Below are positions 21,034 to 40,300 of a stretch of 64,000 bases of DNA, piece by piece. Every line of letters starts with the position of its first letter. The first letter of the stretch is position 1. The position numbers and the translations under genes are program-made. The DNA comes from the human T2T-CHM13v2.0 reference genome, Homo sapiens: assembly GCF_009914755.1 (NCBI RefSeq), contig NC_060943.1; one strand, written 5' to 3'. The notes beneath the pieces are model-generated. The model was given only the letters and a program-made list of their open reading frames with translations. It was not told where the DNA came from and searched no databases.

Positions 21034-22538
21034 CCTGACTCCTAGCCCTTTTCTATCTGTTTGCCCACTTATTGATATAGGATCAGGGTTTCCCTGTAGG
21101 GACTTTTCTAAGCCTTTTCTGCTCTGATATCCCATTTTAGGGTTTGACCCTTGGCTCTTTTTAGATTTGTCAACTACTAAATTAGCCATTGCTTGACCTA
21201 ACATTGTAGAATGATAAAGCTCAGTTCCTACATCCTGAGAAGCTCTGAGAAAATTTCCCAACTCTTCTGTATACTTCACAGGTGCTAGTGCACATTTACA
21301 ATCTACGTTTGCATTCTCAAAAGCTAAAGTTACGGTTTGCATCTCTGCAGCCATGGTATGAGGAATCTGTTTCTTCACTGCCTCTTGTAATCTTTCAAGA
21401 AAATGTGCACAGGGCTCCTGCAACCCTTGCGTGATATGTAAAAAGGATTGTACTGGAACCCCTTCCTCTGGAATTGTGGCCCAGGCACATTTAGCAGCCA
21501 GTGCACACTGCTTATAAGCAGCGTCTGGGAGTGCCATTTGATGTTCCAGGTCTGAATAAGGGCCATTACCCAACAGCATATCCTCTGTAATGTCTCTATG
21601 TCCAGTAGCATGATTCTGTCTAGCCTGGTCTGCACACATTTCTTCCCAATTTAAATTCCGTGTTAGGTATGCGCTAGCAGACAAACAAATCTGAGCCAAA
21701 TGCTTTACATCAAAGGGTATAAGGCGCATAGCACCAAAAAGAGATTCTGGTAATCCTAAAGTAAATGGGCTCTGTACTCCATTATTAACTACACTAGCTT
21801 TTAATTCCTTCAACAACTTAAACTCTAGTGGGGGTGTGTTCATGAATAAACTGCTGTGGATTATTTGAATCGGGCCTTATGGAAATAGGAAAAACGCAAG
21901 GTCCTAAGGGCTCTCCAGCTATGGCAGCAGAGCATAAAGTTGTTTGTTTTGGGGTCTCTATTTCTGCTACCGAAGGAGGCAGTACAGATGTTTCTGCTAT
22001 TGGAGGGGGCGGTATAGGCCAATTTTTATCCTCCTTCTCCTGTTTATTATTTTCAGTTGGTACTGTGGGTGGGACAAAAGATTCTTTCAGATTTTTAGAC
22101 TCAGAATATGATTCCAGCTGTCTAGCAGAATAAGAAGGAGATAACGGCAGAAGGACAGTATGGACTAAACTCCAAGTGGAGAAAACAGAAGGATCAACTT
22201 TTAGACCTTTTTGATGAGCCCATTTTAATCCTTCACCTGCTGTGTCCCAATTTTCCACATCGAAAGTGCCTGTCTGCAGAAACCATGGGTTATGCATAAT
22301 AACCTCCTGCAGCATCTTAGTGTCTGAGAACTAACCTGAGCACCAGACTGTTTAAGTAAAACTTTAAGCAACTGCACATAATGTTGCTCCTCAATCCCAG
22401 CACTTTGGGAGGCCGAGGCGGGTGGATCATGAGGTCAGGAGATCAAGACCATCCTGCCTAACATGGTGAAACCCCGTCTTTACTAAAAATACAAAAAAAA
22501 ATTGTCTCTTGCTCCTCAATAGACAAATACTGCCCCAT
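21013..22538 (-). pseudogene. HML-3 gag remnant (MA-CA) fused to the pro G-patch; NC/dUTPase/PR deleted
   Basis: ATG at 22538 (MGQYLSIEEQ); MA HNPWFLQTG..ENW; MHR-like QGLQEPCAHFLERL; LAFENANVDC; then KMGYQSRKGLEKSLQG..RKGLG. Confidence 0.9.
22396..22508 (+). mobile_element. Alu left-arm fragment inserted in gag with a 12-bp duplication
   Basis: Flanked by ttgctcctcaat at 22384-22395 and 22509-22520; nearly identical to 20413-20525. Confidence 0.9.
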
Positions 22539-22745
22539 GTTACCCTGATTCAGAAACTTCCTGTTCCCAGTACTTCTTTAGAGCACCTACCTTATATTGC
22601 TCCCAGTACCTCTTTAGGGCACTGATCAGTATCTCTTTAGGGCACTGACTTTATATCAGCTGCCGGCAGATATCCTGGGGTCCCCATTTGTGTGGTGAAT
22701 TTCATTTCCTCTGCTCCAGCAAGCTTTCTTCGTTCACATCCTCAA

Positions 22746-22765
22746 GTCCCTGTTCACGGCCGCCG
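22746..22765 (-). promoter_or_regulatory. Primer-binding site, tRNA-Lys(UUU)-like
   Basis: + strand tcaagtccctgttcacggccgccg resembles the tRNA-Lys3 3' end TCAAGTCCCTGTTCGGGCGCCA; adjacent to the 5' LTR. Confidence 0.85.
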
Positions 22766-22768
22766 CTT

Positions 22769-23192
22769 TGCCATGAACCCTACTATACTGAACAAAGGAG
22801 GACGAACGCGGGAATAAAGACAAAGACAAAAGAATATGTTTGGAAGAAGGGGTCGGGGGCACCTTGCTTCTAGTGAACAAGGGCCCTGAGCTTCTAGTGC
22901 CCTTCGTATTTATTGATTAAAGGAGATAGAAGGGGGTGGTTGTAGGTCAGCTGCTTGATTTAGAGCAGGCCTGCATGACTGCATTCTTTGAACAATAGGC
23001 TCCAGATGTCCCAGTAGATAACCTCAAGCAGCACAGCGCCAGGGTGATTGTCCTCAGTGTACCTTCTGGCGGCAGGTGCAGACACGAGTTTGCCCACATT
23101 CTGCATTGATGATAAACAGTTTACTGTATGATCATATAACCTCCAGTGGAATGCTGAGTTGGTCACGACCCTCAAGTCTTTGGCTCCCAACC
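22769..23192 (-). mobile_element. 5' LTR (MER9) of the HML-3 provirus
   Basis: Starts gttgggagccaaag..gtcgtgaccaactcagcattccactggagg on -; direct repeat of 15489-15918. Confidence 0.92.
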
Positions 23193-24209
23193 CTTAGGTA
23201 GGACCTTAGGACACTACACACGGTTCGGCCTCATTGCTTCTTATTTAAATTTGTTCATACTCTCCAGGGTGACTGGTTTGTCCCTGCATTCTCCAAATAT
23301 ACGGGATGCAGGGCCTCAAATCCTCCACCCTCATACCACAGCCTAACTCTTCAAGGGCTTGCAGTGAAATCTGTGTCTGAACATTTCACATGAGAGGAAA
23401 GCAGAGAATAACCACTAGACATTTGCCTGAAAAATCCTTTCTGCCTCTCCTCCTCTTATCTTTCCGAGACACAGACACCTTATCAGGATGTCTTTGGGAT
23501 GCGGTTCCTTTCTGGAAACTGTACAGGGTGATGTGTCTTCAGTACACCCTCCTATCTTTTCCTGGTTTTGGGTTTTAGAACTGCCTCGGGCTGACTCAAG
23601 TTCCCCACAACTGCCATGTCTCCTGGAGGGTCTAGTGGGTATCAGTGCCTAGGGGAGTGGGGCCTCCCAAGGGAGCAGCTGAATGCCTTATGGTGGCAGA
23701 GATGCCTGGTATACGCTTCATCTAGATAACCAATTCTCTGAGTTCTCAGCTTCTCCCTCCCAACTCCAGTTTCCATTAATTGGAGACACATGGCTGGTCA
23801 GCCAATTGGATGTTGCTATTGAGGGAAAACAGAAATGATTCCTGTCTTCTGGATTTTCTCAACTGTGAAGAGAGAAATATCCCAAAAGAAGAGGAAAGGC
23901 CACTTCAACAGGGTGGAACAATAGCCTGCAAAAGCAAAATATACCTGGGGGTACACAGGGGACACAATGCCATGTTGGTGGGAAATCGTCATTGAGCGCT
24001 TCTCCTTTCCTCTATGTGAAATGTTCAGGGAATCACCACCAGTCACTCTCCCGTAAAAGTATGTGTGCTGCTCCTCCTTTCATCTATCCTGGAAACAGAC
24101 ATCAGATTGTCTTTTGGTTGAGGCTCCCCTTTGGAAACATAAAGGAGTATTGTGTCTTTAGTGCACTCTCCTATCTTTTCTTGGTCCTGGGTGGCAGAAA
24201 TGGGGTGAC

Positions 24210-26080
<1,871 letters not shown>

Positions 26081-26292
26081 TGTGCCACCATGTCTAATTA
26101 TTTATTTTATTATGGATACAGGGTCTCACTATGTTGCCCAGGCTGGTCTCGAACTGCGGGGCTCAAATGATCTGTCCGCCTTGACCTCCGGTTTTGCATT
26201 TTTAATACTTGTCTTTATAGTAGATTTTTCTATGTTCCTAGTGCCTCTCTTGCGATCATATGGAATCTTCTCTTGTATATTTAGTTTATTAA

Positions 26293-26762
<470 letters not shown>

Positions 26763-27919
26763 TAAAGTGCTGGGATTGCAGGCATAAGCCAACACGCCTG
26801 GCTGCTACCGTGATTTGTTATCAATACTTACTATAAAACAAAACTTAAAAATTATCAGCTTAAGGAATTTTACATGTACAATTGAGATAGGTTGACAAAT
26901 CTATGTAAGTTCTCTAAGATGAATTCTGTTGTATTTTGCCTTTTGCAATTATCCTGATGTTTCATATATGTCGTAGTATGGGCCAAGATATTGTTTTCTT
27001 TCTTTCTTTTTTTTTTTTGAGATGCAGTTTCACTCTTGTTGCCCAGGCTGGAGTGCAATGGCACAATATTGACTGACCCCAACCTCAAGCAATTTTCCTG
27101 CCTCAGCCTCCTGAGTAGCTGGGATTACAGGCATGCGCCACCATGCCCGGCTAATTTTGTATTTTTAGTAGAGACAAGGTTTCTCTATGTTGGTCACACT
27201 GGTCTTGAACTCCCAACCTCAGGTGATCTGCCCGCCTCCACCTCCCAAAGTGCTGGGATTACAGGCATGAGCCACCGCACCAGGCCAAGATGTTATTTTC
27301 TAAGACTAAATAATATTCCATTGTATGTATATGCTTACCACATTTTGTTTATCCATTCAGCCATCAATGGATATGTGGGTGGCTGCATTGCTCATTACTG
27401 CCACCCCAGGAAGGTCGTATAGTGGTTAAATCTGTGCTCATTACACCTGGGTATCTCTTAGGAGTTTCTTGTTTGCCCTCTTGTGTAATTACGGTCTTGT
27501 TTTTTTCAGTAATGTCCTGTTTGCCCTTCTTATCAGCATCTATCTAGCTACATTCTGACAGGATAACTGCAAACTGAATGATTCCTGGGCATCATAATGG
27601 ATGTTTCTTTCTACTTAGGTGTCTCCCCTCCTCTCTGCTTATATCTAGCATGCCTGTTTTGGGTGGTCCCTGGGGTTGTGGGATTTCCCAGGGGCTACCC
27701 TTCCTGCTCTTGGCTAGATATCTGCCTTCTCTAACAATGTCATCAAAGATTACACTTTGGGAACAGGCATTTTCAAGGATACACAGCTTCAGGACTGCTA
27801 ATGTTAACTTTTTTCTGCATATTAATTCATAGTACTCTGTTATGACAGGTGCTACAGACCCACAGTCCAAGGAGACATTAGGGACAGCCCAAGCAGCTGA
27901 CAGAGCGATACACTATCAC

Positions 27920-27951
<32 letters not shown>

Positions 27952-28292
27952 CTGTCTGGGTGTGGTGGCTCATGCCTGTAATCCTAGCACTTTGTGACTC
28001 TGAGGCAGGTGGATCACCTGAGGTTGGGAGTTCGAGACCAGCCTGACCAACATGGAGAAACCCTGTCTCTACTAAAAATACAAAATTAGCCGGGTATGCT
28101 GGTGCATGCCTGTAATCCCAGCTACTCGGGAGGCTGAGGCAGAAGAAGCACTTGAACCCCGGCAGTGAGCCGAGATTGCACCATTGTACTCCAGCCTGGG
28201 CAATAAGAGTGAAATTCTGTCTCAAAAAAATAAAAAAAAAAATTGCTTTATGGAAGAAAGTAAGTATAGACAGAGAGAAAGGGATCTGATGA

Positions 28293-28589
<297 letters not shown>

Positions 28590-28744
28590 TAGCTCACCAA
28601 TGCTGTTGAGTGATTTGGAACACAGACAGGAAATACTTTGATGAATAAATGAGGCATGGCTGCTGTAAATCATGGGCATAGGTCTAATAATTTTTTCACA
28701 ATTTTATACTGCCTCAGGATTATTTTTCTGTGTTTGTATTTTAG

Positions 28745-28805
28745 GAAAAAAGTGGAAAGACCAGAACATTGAATATGAGTACCAAAACCCCAGGAGAAAC
28801 TTCAG
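28745..28805 (+). CDS. ZNF439: 61-bp exon 3 ([21 protein letters not shown])
   Basis: tttag| acceptor and |gtaat donor; phases 1/2 join exons 2 and 4 in frame. Confidence 0.9.
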
Positions 28806-29460
28806 GTAATTTGCACTTATAAGAGAAAGCAGTGTCTCTCTACACGATCTTAGAATATGAGACTATGTTAAAAATAAGTAAAACAAAGAACTAAGTCCAG
28901 GATCAAGTTCATTTATTCATACAATATTTTATCTAAAAATATATATTTAAATGTGATCAAGGCTGAGGGCTCACTCCTGTAATCCCAGTCCTTTGAGACA
29001 TGGAGATAGGAGGATAGCTTGAGGCCAGCAGTTCAACAACAGCCTGCGCAACATAACAAGACCACATATCAACAACAGCAAAAAATTAGCTGGGCATTGT
29101 GGTATGCATCCGTAGTCCCAGCTACTCAGGAGGCTGAGACATGAGGGACATGAGGATCACTTGAGCCCCCAGGAGTTAAAGGCTGTGGTAAGCTATGATG
29201 ATACCACTGCACTCCAGGGTGGGCAACAGGACAAGACCCTGAAACAAAAGAAAAATGACACAGAGTATTTAGTATTTTAAAATAGTTTACATGGGAAGAG
29301 TATTAAGAAGCCCCATATAAACATTTTTTTAAATAATAGGTATGGCTAGGTCACCTTGTAGAATGTGTTGTCCAGTCACCTTCAAACAATTCAGACAGGG
29401 CAGAAAGCCTACACTTTGATGGAGAGTGTTAAAAATGCAAGTACAATACTTGCTGATTAA

Positions 29461-31573
<2,113 letters not shown>

Positions 31574-31659
31574 ATACAAATAATGAATGTAAACAATTAA
31601 CTGTTTATAATAACTGTATACTAACAAATGTTATTCTTTTTAAATAATTAAGAAGCTAT

Positions 31660-31665
31660 AATAAA
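31660..31665 (+). terminator. Candidate polyadenylation signal AATAAA
   Basis: First AATAAA after the finger array; further ones at 33036 and 33059. Confidence 0.45.
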
Positions 31666-31826
31666 ATATCCATTGGTGTCATGTATTAGATCAAGCTTAT
31701 AATGTTACATTGTTATTATTTGGATATTGTGAATCAGCATTACCTGGATTAAATGCCAGGCATATTTTTCCTCATGTAAACTTTACTTTTCATGCTTATG
31801 TACTTTAATTTTTATTTCAACTGTAA

Positions 31827-31988
<162 letters not shown>

Positions 31989-32703
31989 TGAGTAGCTGGG
32001 ACTACAGGCATGCACCACTTCACCCAGCTAATTATGTGTATTATTTAGTAGAGACGGGGTTTCACCATATTGGCCAGGCTGGTCTCGAACTCTGGACCTT
32101 GTGATCCTCCTGCCTCGGCCTCTCAAAGTGCTGGATTTACAGACATGAGCCACTGCGCCCAGCCTCAACCCTAATTTTTCTTTCACTCATAATACCAAAA
32201 GTTATCTCATGTATCTCTGAGTACCTTCTTGCCCAAAACCAGCAGCGCCATACCTGCTGTCAGCAAGGGTGTAATATACCATAGTGATAAATATGACCAG
32301 AAGACATAAATGACTGTGGGATGTATGAGAATTACAAGTCACATTGGTAAGAAGATAAAAATTTTCGTCATGTTTATGATTTGAAATATGTTTACTTCTA
32401 TCAGTTTTAGAAATACAGTTACAAAATGCCCTTGTTTTTGTCCTGGTCCATCATGATCACTGAGGAGCATCATCTCATATGCCTGATATGTAACATGTGT
32501 CTCTCCAACAGTAAAAGACTTGGCCTTGGCTGGGTGTGGTGGCTCACACCTGAAAACCCAGCACATTGGGAGGCTGAGGCAGGCAGATCACCTGAGGTCA
32601 GGAGTTCGAGAACACCCTGACCAATATGATGAAACCCTGTCTCATCTAAAAATACAAAACTTAGTCAGCCATGGTGGCATGCTTCTGTAATCCTAGCTAG
32701 TCA

Positions 32704-32895
<192 letters not shown>

Positions 32896-33254
32896 TTATT
32901 CTGTAAAGACTAAAACATTTTCTAAAATGTATGGGCACTGTTAACTAGAAGGTACCTTAGTTAAAATATATAAATTCATTTACGCTTTATAAAGCTATAT
33001 TTTTTTCAAATTGCTTTACTGAGTCATAGGAGGCTAATAAATTTGTGTAAATTGTCTAAATAAAAGCCTTTCTTCCTCTGATAATGTGCTGTTGATGCTA
33101 ACTTGTCAACAGCCTGCTTATCTCAGCAGTGTAAAGTTAACGGTAACATGGAAAAGTCACTTTTATATATAATGCAATGGCTAGAACAATTCTGTCACTT
33201 CCTGTAAGGTCCAGTGAAGCTGCTCTTCAGAAACAGTTATTTAAAATCCTTATA

Positions 33255-34080
<826 letters not shown>

Positions 34081-35716
34081 GTTTAGCTTTGGGAAAAGAA
34101 ATAGGGAAAATCTTTTCTTACAGCTTGAGAAAAATGAATAAACTTCCACAACAAAGTATAGTAGATAAATTGGTGAATTACAAAGATTTAGCAAAATATC
34201 AGTCCTCCTTTGCAAGTTGGAGAACTTGTAACAGTGGATAACTCTTCTCTTCCTATTATTTGTGAGGTAACACCTGGCTGGCAACTGTTGTCATATGTTT
34301 GTGTTCACATGTGATTAATATGTAGTATGGGCTTTGTTATCATGGAAATCATAATGAAATAATATTGTCCACCTTAATAAGATAACAAGATTCAGAGAAG
34401 ATGATTAAATATTGAGTATTTCTGAGCACAAAGTTTGAGGATAGCCACTGGGGAAACAGATATCCTGAAGAGTGGGGTCAGTGCTCCAACACGGGGAAGT
34501 TGAGTCTTCACTTCTGTAGGGCAAAATGTAGACGCTTAACAGGGTGACATTTTCCATACAAGGCCAGTGCACACATTTCAGTGATTTGGTTGGTTGCAGC
34601 TACCAAATTTCAATGATGATTGCCTTAACTTTTTGTAAGGAGGGGTAGTGGTCTCAAAAGGATCCTACCTCTGTCACTTCCCACTCTTTTCTAATCATTT
34701 ACAGCCCAAGAACAACAAAGATAATTAATCTTTTTGATATTCACAGGAAAGGAGCTATTACATGGTAGTGTAAACACATTTCTCAATATGTTTATTGACT
34801 GAAAGGGTTAGATACTTTTACTTTCCCTCATGAGGGATGAAAGGTAAGTACCTTATAATTTCCTTCTAGCCTATAAACATAAACCGAGTTTGAGAGATTT
34901 TGCTGGATTCTTCAAACGCTGGGTATTTTCTCATTGAAACAGAGGCCAGAGTCCAGTGACTGCAAGCTAAGGACAATGAGAAGCCTACAAAGAGAGGTTA
35001 TTGAAAGCTCACGTCAGGCGGTGACTCACACCTGTAATCCCAGCACTTTGGGAAGCTGAGTCGGGCAGATCATCTGAGGTCGGGAGTTCGAGACCAACCT
35101 GGCCAACACAGCAAAACCCATCTCTACTAAAAACACCAAAATTAGCCAGGTATAGTGGCTCATGCCTGCAGTTCCCAGCCATTCAGGAGGCTGAGGCACG
35201 ATAATCGCTTAAACTCTGGAGGCAGAGGTTACAGTGCACCAAGATCGTGCCACTGCACTTCAGCCTAGGTGACAGAGCGAGACTCTGTCTCCAAAAAAAA
35301 GAAAAAAAAAAAAAGCTCTCACTTGGTTCTTCCCATGGTGCCCCCACTGCAGGTGTACCAGCTACTCACGTTGACCATGGGAGGAGCCCTTTATAATAAA
35401 AGAATCTCAGAATCCTGGAAAGCTGGGGATCCACAGGCAGATGCAGTAGTCAGTGATGCCGTGCGCAAGTGATAATTTTTGTCATGGGGCTTTTTCTAGA
35501 CACTTCTAGTGAAACAAATGTGGGTTTAGGTAAGAAATAACTTTTAATTCTAGACCTTGAAGTCAGCTTGTCATTAAAAGAGGTCATTTAAAAAAAAAAA
35601 GTCTAGGTACTGGACTTGTAAGTAAAAATAAAAAGATTAAATACCTAAAATGGGGTTGTATATAGGCTTAGAAGGAGTCAGTCAAAAATTCAGGGGCTGC
35701 TGGGCGTGGTGGCTCA

Positions 35717-35962
<246 letters not shown>

Positions 35963-36299
35963 CTACAGAACAAGACTCTGTCTCAAAAAAAGAAAAAAAA
36001 AAAAAAAAAAAAAAAAGTTCAGGGACCTGGAGGAAGGAGAGAAACTGAAGCATGCTTTGATTAATAGATATTTCATTTTGACTGATCACTAAAGACAAAG
36101 CTATTCACCTAATGGTTTGTGAGGTGAATACTGGAATTTCTAGTCTGTGTCTGGTTTGTCATAGGTAACAAACGTGGCATCATCTAAGTCATAAGGGGAA
36201 GGGTGTTTTGTTGTAGTAAGGTGCTCTTGCACAACACAAAGGATGGGGGATTTCTTGAATCACACCTCTTTTCAGGATGACCCACCCACCCCCATCTCC

Positions 36300-36640
36300 T
36301 TTTCACACCCCTTACTCTCTTTGATTTGGCTGCTCCTGAGTTGTATCCTTCATAATAAGTTGGTAAATGTAAGTGAACTGTGGGTAGTTCTATCAAATTA
36401 TGGAACTTGAGGAGGCTGTTGTACAGGACCCAGGTCTAGATGCAGTTGCTGAGAAGTACAGGTGGCCCCTGGGGCTTTGAGTGGCATCTGCTGAGTGGGG
36501 CTGTGTTGGGTGAGCCAGGAACTCATGGAGTCTCTGCTAACTCTGGGTGGCTTCTGAATTGAGTGGTTGCATGACTGCTTAGTGCTGGAGAATTCGCTGG
36601 TGTTCAGCAAGCACCACACATTTGGTGTCAGAAAAAAAGA
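36300..36640 (+). mobile_element. MER21-like LTR fragment, absent from unit 1
   Basis: ctgagttgtatccttcataataa..gtagttcta.caaattat.gaac..gagaagtacaggtggc..tggcatctg..cacacatttggtgtcagaa. Confidence 0.65.
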
Positions 36641-36930
36641 CAGCATAGGTCAGAACCTTCCACTGACTCACAGTGAGCGAGTGGTCTTTGGTGGGCATTG
36701 AGACCCCGGTGGAAGGACTGTGTCCACACTGTGGGGAGGGGCCAGCAGGGTGTGTGTGGAAGTCCCAGAAGTAATTTTCTGGCTGCTCACATTTCCCTCA
36801 CACACTACCTAAGAGTGGGCCAGCCTGGCCTGTGTCTCCACAGTCCCAGTGGTTCCTAAGCTTGGGAATGTGTAACTATTGGAGTGTGGGTTTCCTTGTG
36901 AGCTGTGGGTGAGGCAGGCTGCCTACCTGA

Positions 36931-37329
<399 letters not shown>

Positions 37330-40300
37330 TGAGCCACTGCACCTGGCCACATCTAAGAATTTTATTCTATGATTTGCATGTTAGGATTTTAATTAGCTGG
37401 TTGGAAACTTAGTGAATATTTTGATAATCTTTGAAGAAGGAAATCGAGTTCTTGAAATAAGCTGTTTTGTGCCAAGTCAAAATAATAACAATATGAATAC
37501 TCAGAGACATATCACCCCAAAATGGATAGGCCTTGGGCAGTTCTGGTGTGTCTCCTTGGTCTCACTTATTTTTCGTATGCAAAGGTGATCAAAGTTTTGA
37601 TTCCTTTTGTTATTTTTTGTAGCTTTGTCATCTCTTTGTCACAAAGCAGAATTTTGCCACCTTTGAATTTTCAGTAACATAATACTACCATTAATACACC
37701 ATTAGTATTATGCTGAGAGGGTGTATTTCTGGGTTTTTCCCTGAGCCTGTTGCAAACATGCTGCTGTGTGAAGTTGTGGGTCATGTAATTGACTTGCCTA
37801 TTTCCCTGCTTAATGGGACTTGAGTTGGTTCAAGTCTATCTTTGTTCTTATTGACAATTCTCTTCTTGTTTTTGTTCCTAATTGGAAATACAACACAAAT
37901 TCTTACATGTTGGGAAAAAATTGCTGGGTTGTAGATTATGAATAAATACAAAATTACTAGGAAATGTCGACAGAGTATGAATGTAACTTATGGATTAACC
38001 ATCTCACCTTTCATAGATGTGTCTTTATTCTTGTGATTTGCCAACACTTTGAATTATCTAACGTACTTTTTATTGCCCATTTACTCTGAAACACAATCTC
38101 TGTGTGATTACGTATTGCTTTTTACTGGTTGCCATTGGTTTAGCATTTTTCCTATATGATCTTTCATCTCCTGTTTAGCTGTTTCCAGTCATCCTCTTAC
38201 ATTTGACTAATTGGTAGTTATTTTTCTTTCTTTTTTTCTTTTTTTGTTAATTTGACACAGCCTTGCTCTGTAGCCCAGCTGGAGTGCAGTGGTCACTCAC
38301 TGCTCCCTGCAGCATCAAGCTCCTGGGCTTGAGCAATCCTCCCACCTCAGCTTTCTGCCCAGCTAATTAAAAAAATTTTTTTGTAGAGACAGGGGTCTCA
38401 CTGTTTTGCCCAGGCTGCTCTTGAACTCCTGGGCTCAATCAGTCCTCTGCCTTGGCCTCACAAAGTGCTGGGATTGCAGACATGAGCCACTATGCTCAGC
38501 AATAGGGTTTTTTCTTTTTTTTAAACCATGTTTCTGACCAATATTTTATTAAAATCTTTAAGAACTGCATGCTAACAAAGGTTATTCTGTTCTGTTTTTC
38601 ATTTTCTGTTTTACATTTTCATTATGATTACTTGTTTTTCTTTTTTATTCTCATTTTTTCCTAGATAATTACAATACTTTTCCATGTAGTGGCCCTGGCA
38701 TGCATTTTCATCCTTCATGCAATCATACAGCTACCTCGATGTCCCTTCTCTCTGCCATTCTGAAATTGGACCTCACTCCTTTGTGACTCTTGCTCCCCAT
38801 CTGCTATGTGATAAAGTCCTGTCTGATTACATCGTCTCCAAAGCCTCTTTTTGGACTTCTGTTTACCCCTTGGCATGCCCTGCATTTACTCTCTTCAAAA
38901 TATATACTTAGAGGCCGGGTGCGGTGGCTCACGCCTGTAATCTCAGTACTTTTGGATGCTGAGGCAGGAGGATCCCTTGTGCCCAGGAGTTTAAAACCAG
39001 CCTGGGTCACATAGGGAGACCCTGTCTCAAAAACAAAATTTATAGTTACAAGTCCTAAACCCCAACAGGGTCATATTTGGACACGGACCTTTTAGGAGAT
39101 CACATACATTTATAAAGGAGGGCTCTCACAATGGGATTAGTAAGAGAGAGAGAGAACTCTGCCTCTCCAGCATGTAAGGACAAAGCAAGAAGGCATCTAG
39201 CTGCAAGCCAGGAAGATAGCCTTCACTAGGAACAAAATTGTTGGCAGCAAGATTTCAGACTTCCCAAGCTTCAGAACTGTGAAAAACAAATTTCTGCTGT
39301 TTAAGAAACTGAGTCCATGGTACTTTGTTATACTAGCCTGAGCTAAGTCACCCCAAGAGTCCTCACATTAACCATATACTGTCGTACAAGTGCTGCATTT
39401 GGATCTACCTGTAATGTCTCCAAATCTACTTTTCCTTTTGGACCCATTGTGAGAACAGGTTTGCCTCATAGACAACTGCTGGTGATATTAGTGATAGCCT
39501 ACCAACTAGGGACTAAAAAGAAAGTTTTTCTTTTTTTTTTTTCTTGCTTTTTTTTTTGAGATGGAGTTTTTGCTCTGTTACCCAGGCTGGAGTGCAATTA
39601 TGCAATCTCGGCTCACTGCCAGTTCTGACTCCCAGGTTCAAGTGATTCTCCTGCCTCAGCCTCCCAAGTAGCTGGGTTTACAGGTGCGTGCCACCACATC
39701 CAGATAATTTTTGTACTGTTAGTTAGAGATGGGGTTTCAACATGTTGGCCAGGTGGTTCTCGAACTCTTGACCTCAGGTGATCCACCTGCCTTGGCCTCC
39801 CAAAGCACTAGGATTACATGCATAAACCACCACACTCGGCCTCTCATTCATATGTGTGTGTATATTCTGTTTTTAATAAAAATAGAGACTAGGCCTATGT
39901 TGCCCCGTGTGGTCATAGCCCAAACTTTTGGGCTCAAGCGATTTACTCACCTCAGCCACCCAAAATGCTGGGATTAAGGCATGAGAAACTGTGCCAGGGC
40001 AAATGAAAGAAACTTAGTGGGAGGCCAGGCACGGTGGCTCACACCTGTAATCCCAGCACTTTGTGGGGCTGAGGCGGGTGGATCACCTGAGCTCAGGAGT
40101 TCAAGACCAGCCTGGACAACATGGTGAAACCACATCTCTACTAAAAATACAAAAAAATTAGCTGGGCATGGTACTCCCATTCTCACAGTCATGCAAAGGC
40201 TCTTTCTTAAGGATTCCACCTGCTGGAAAGCATTATATACTGCCTGCACTGACTCAAGAGTGTCTGGTTTCATCTCCATGTCATAATTACAACCACAATC

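Noticed and set aside
22741-22766. tRNA-like 3' end
   Set aside because: Only the PBS complement; no cloverleaf
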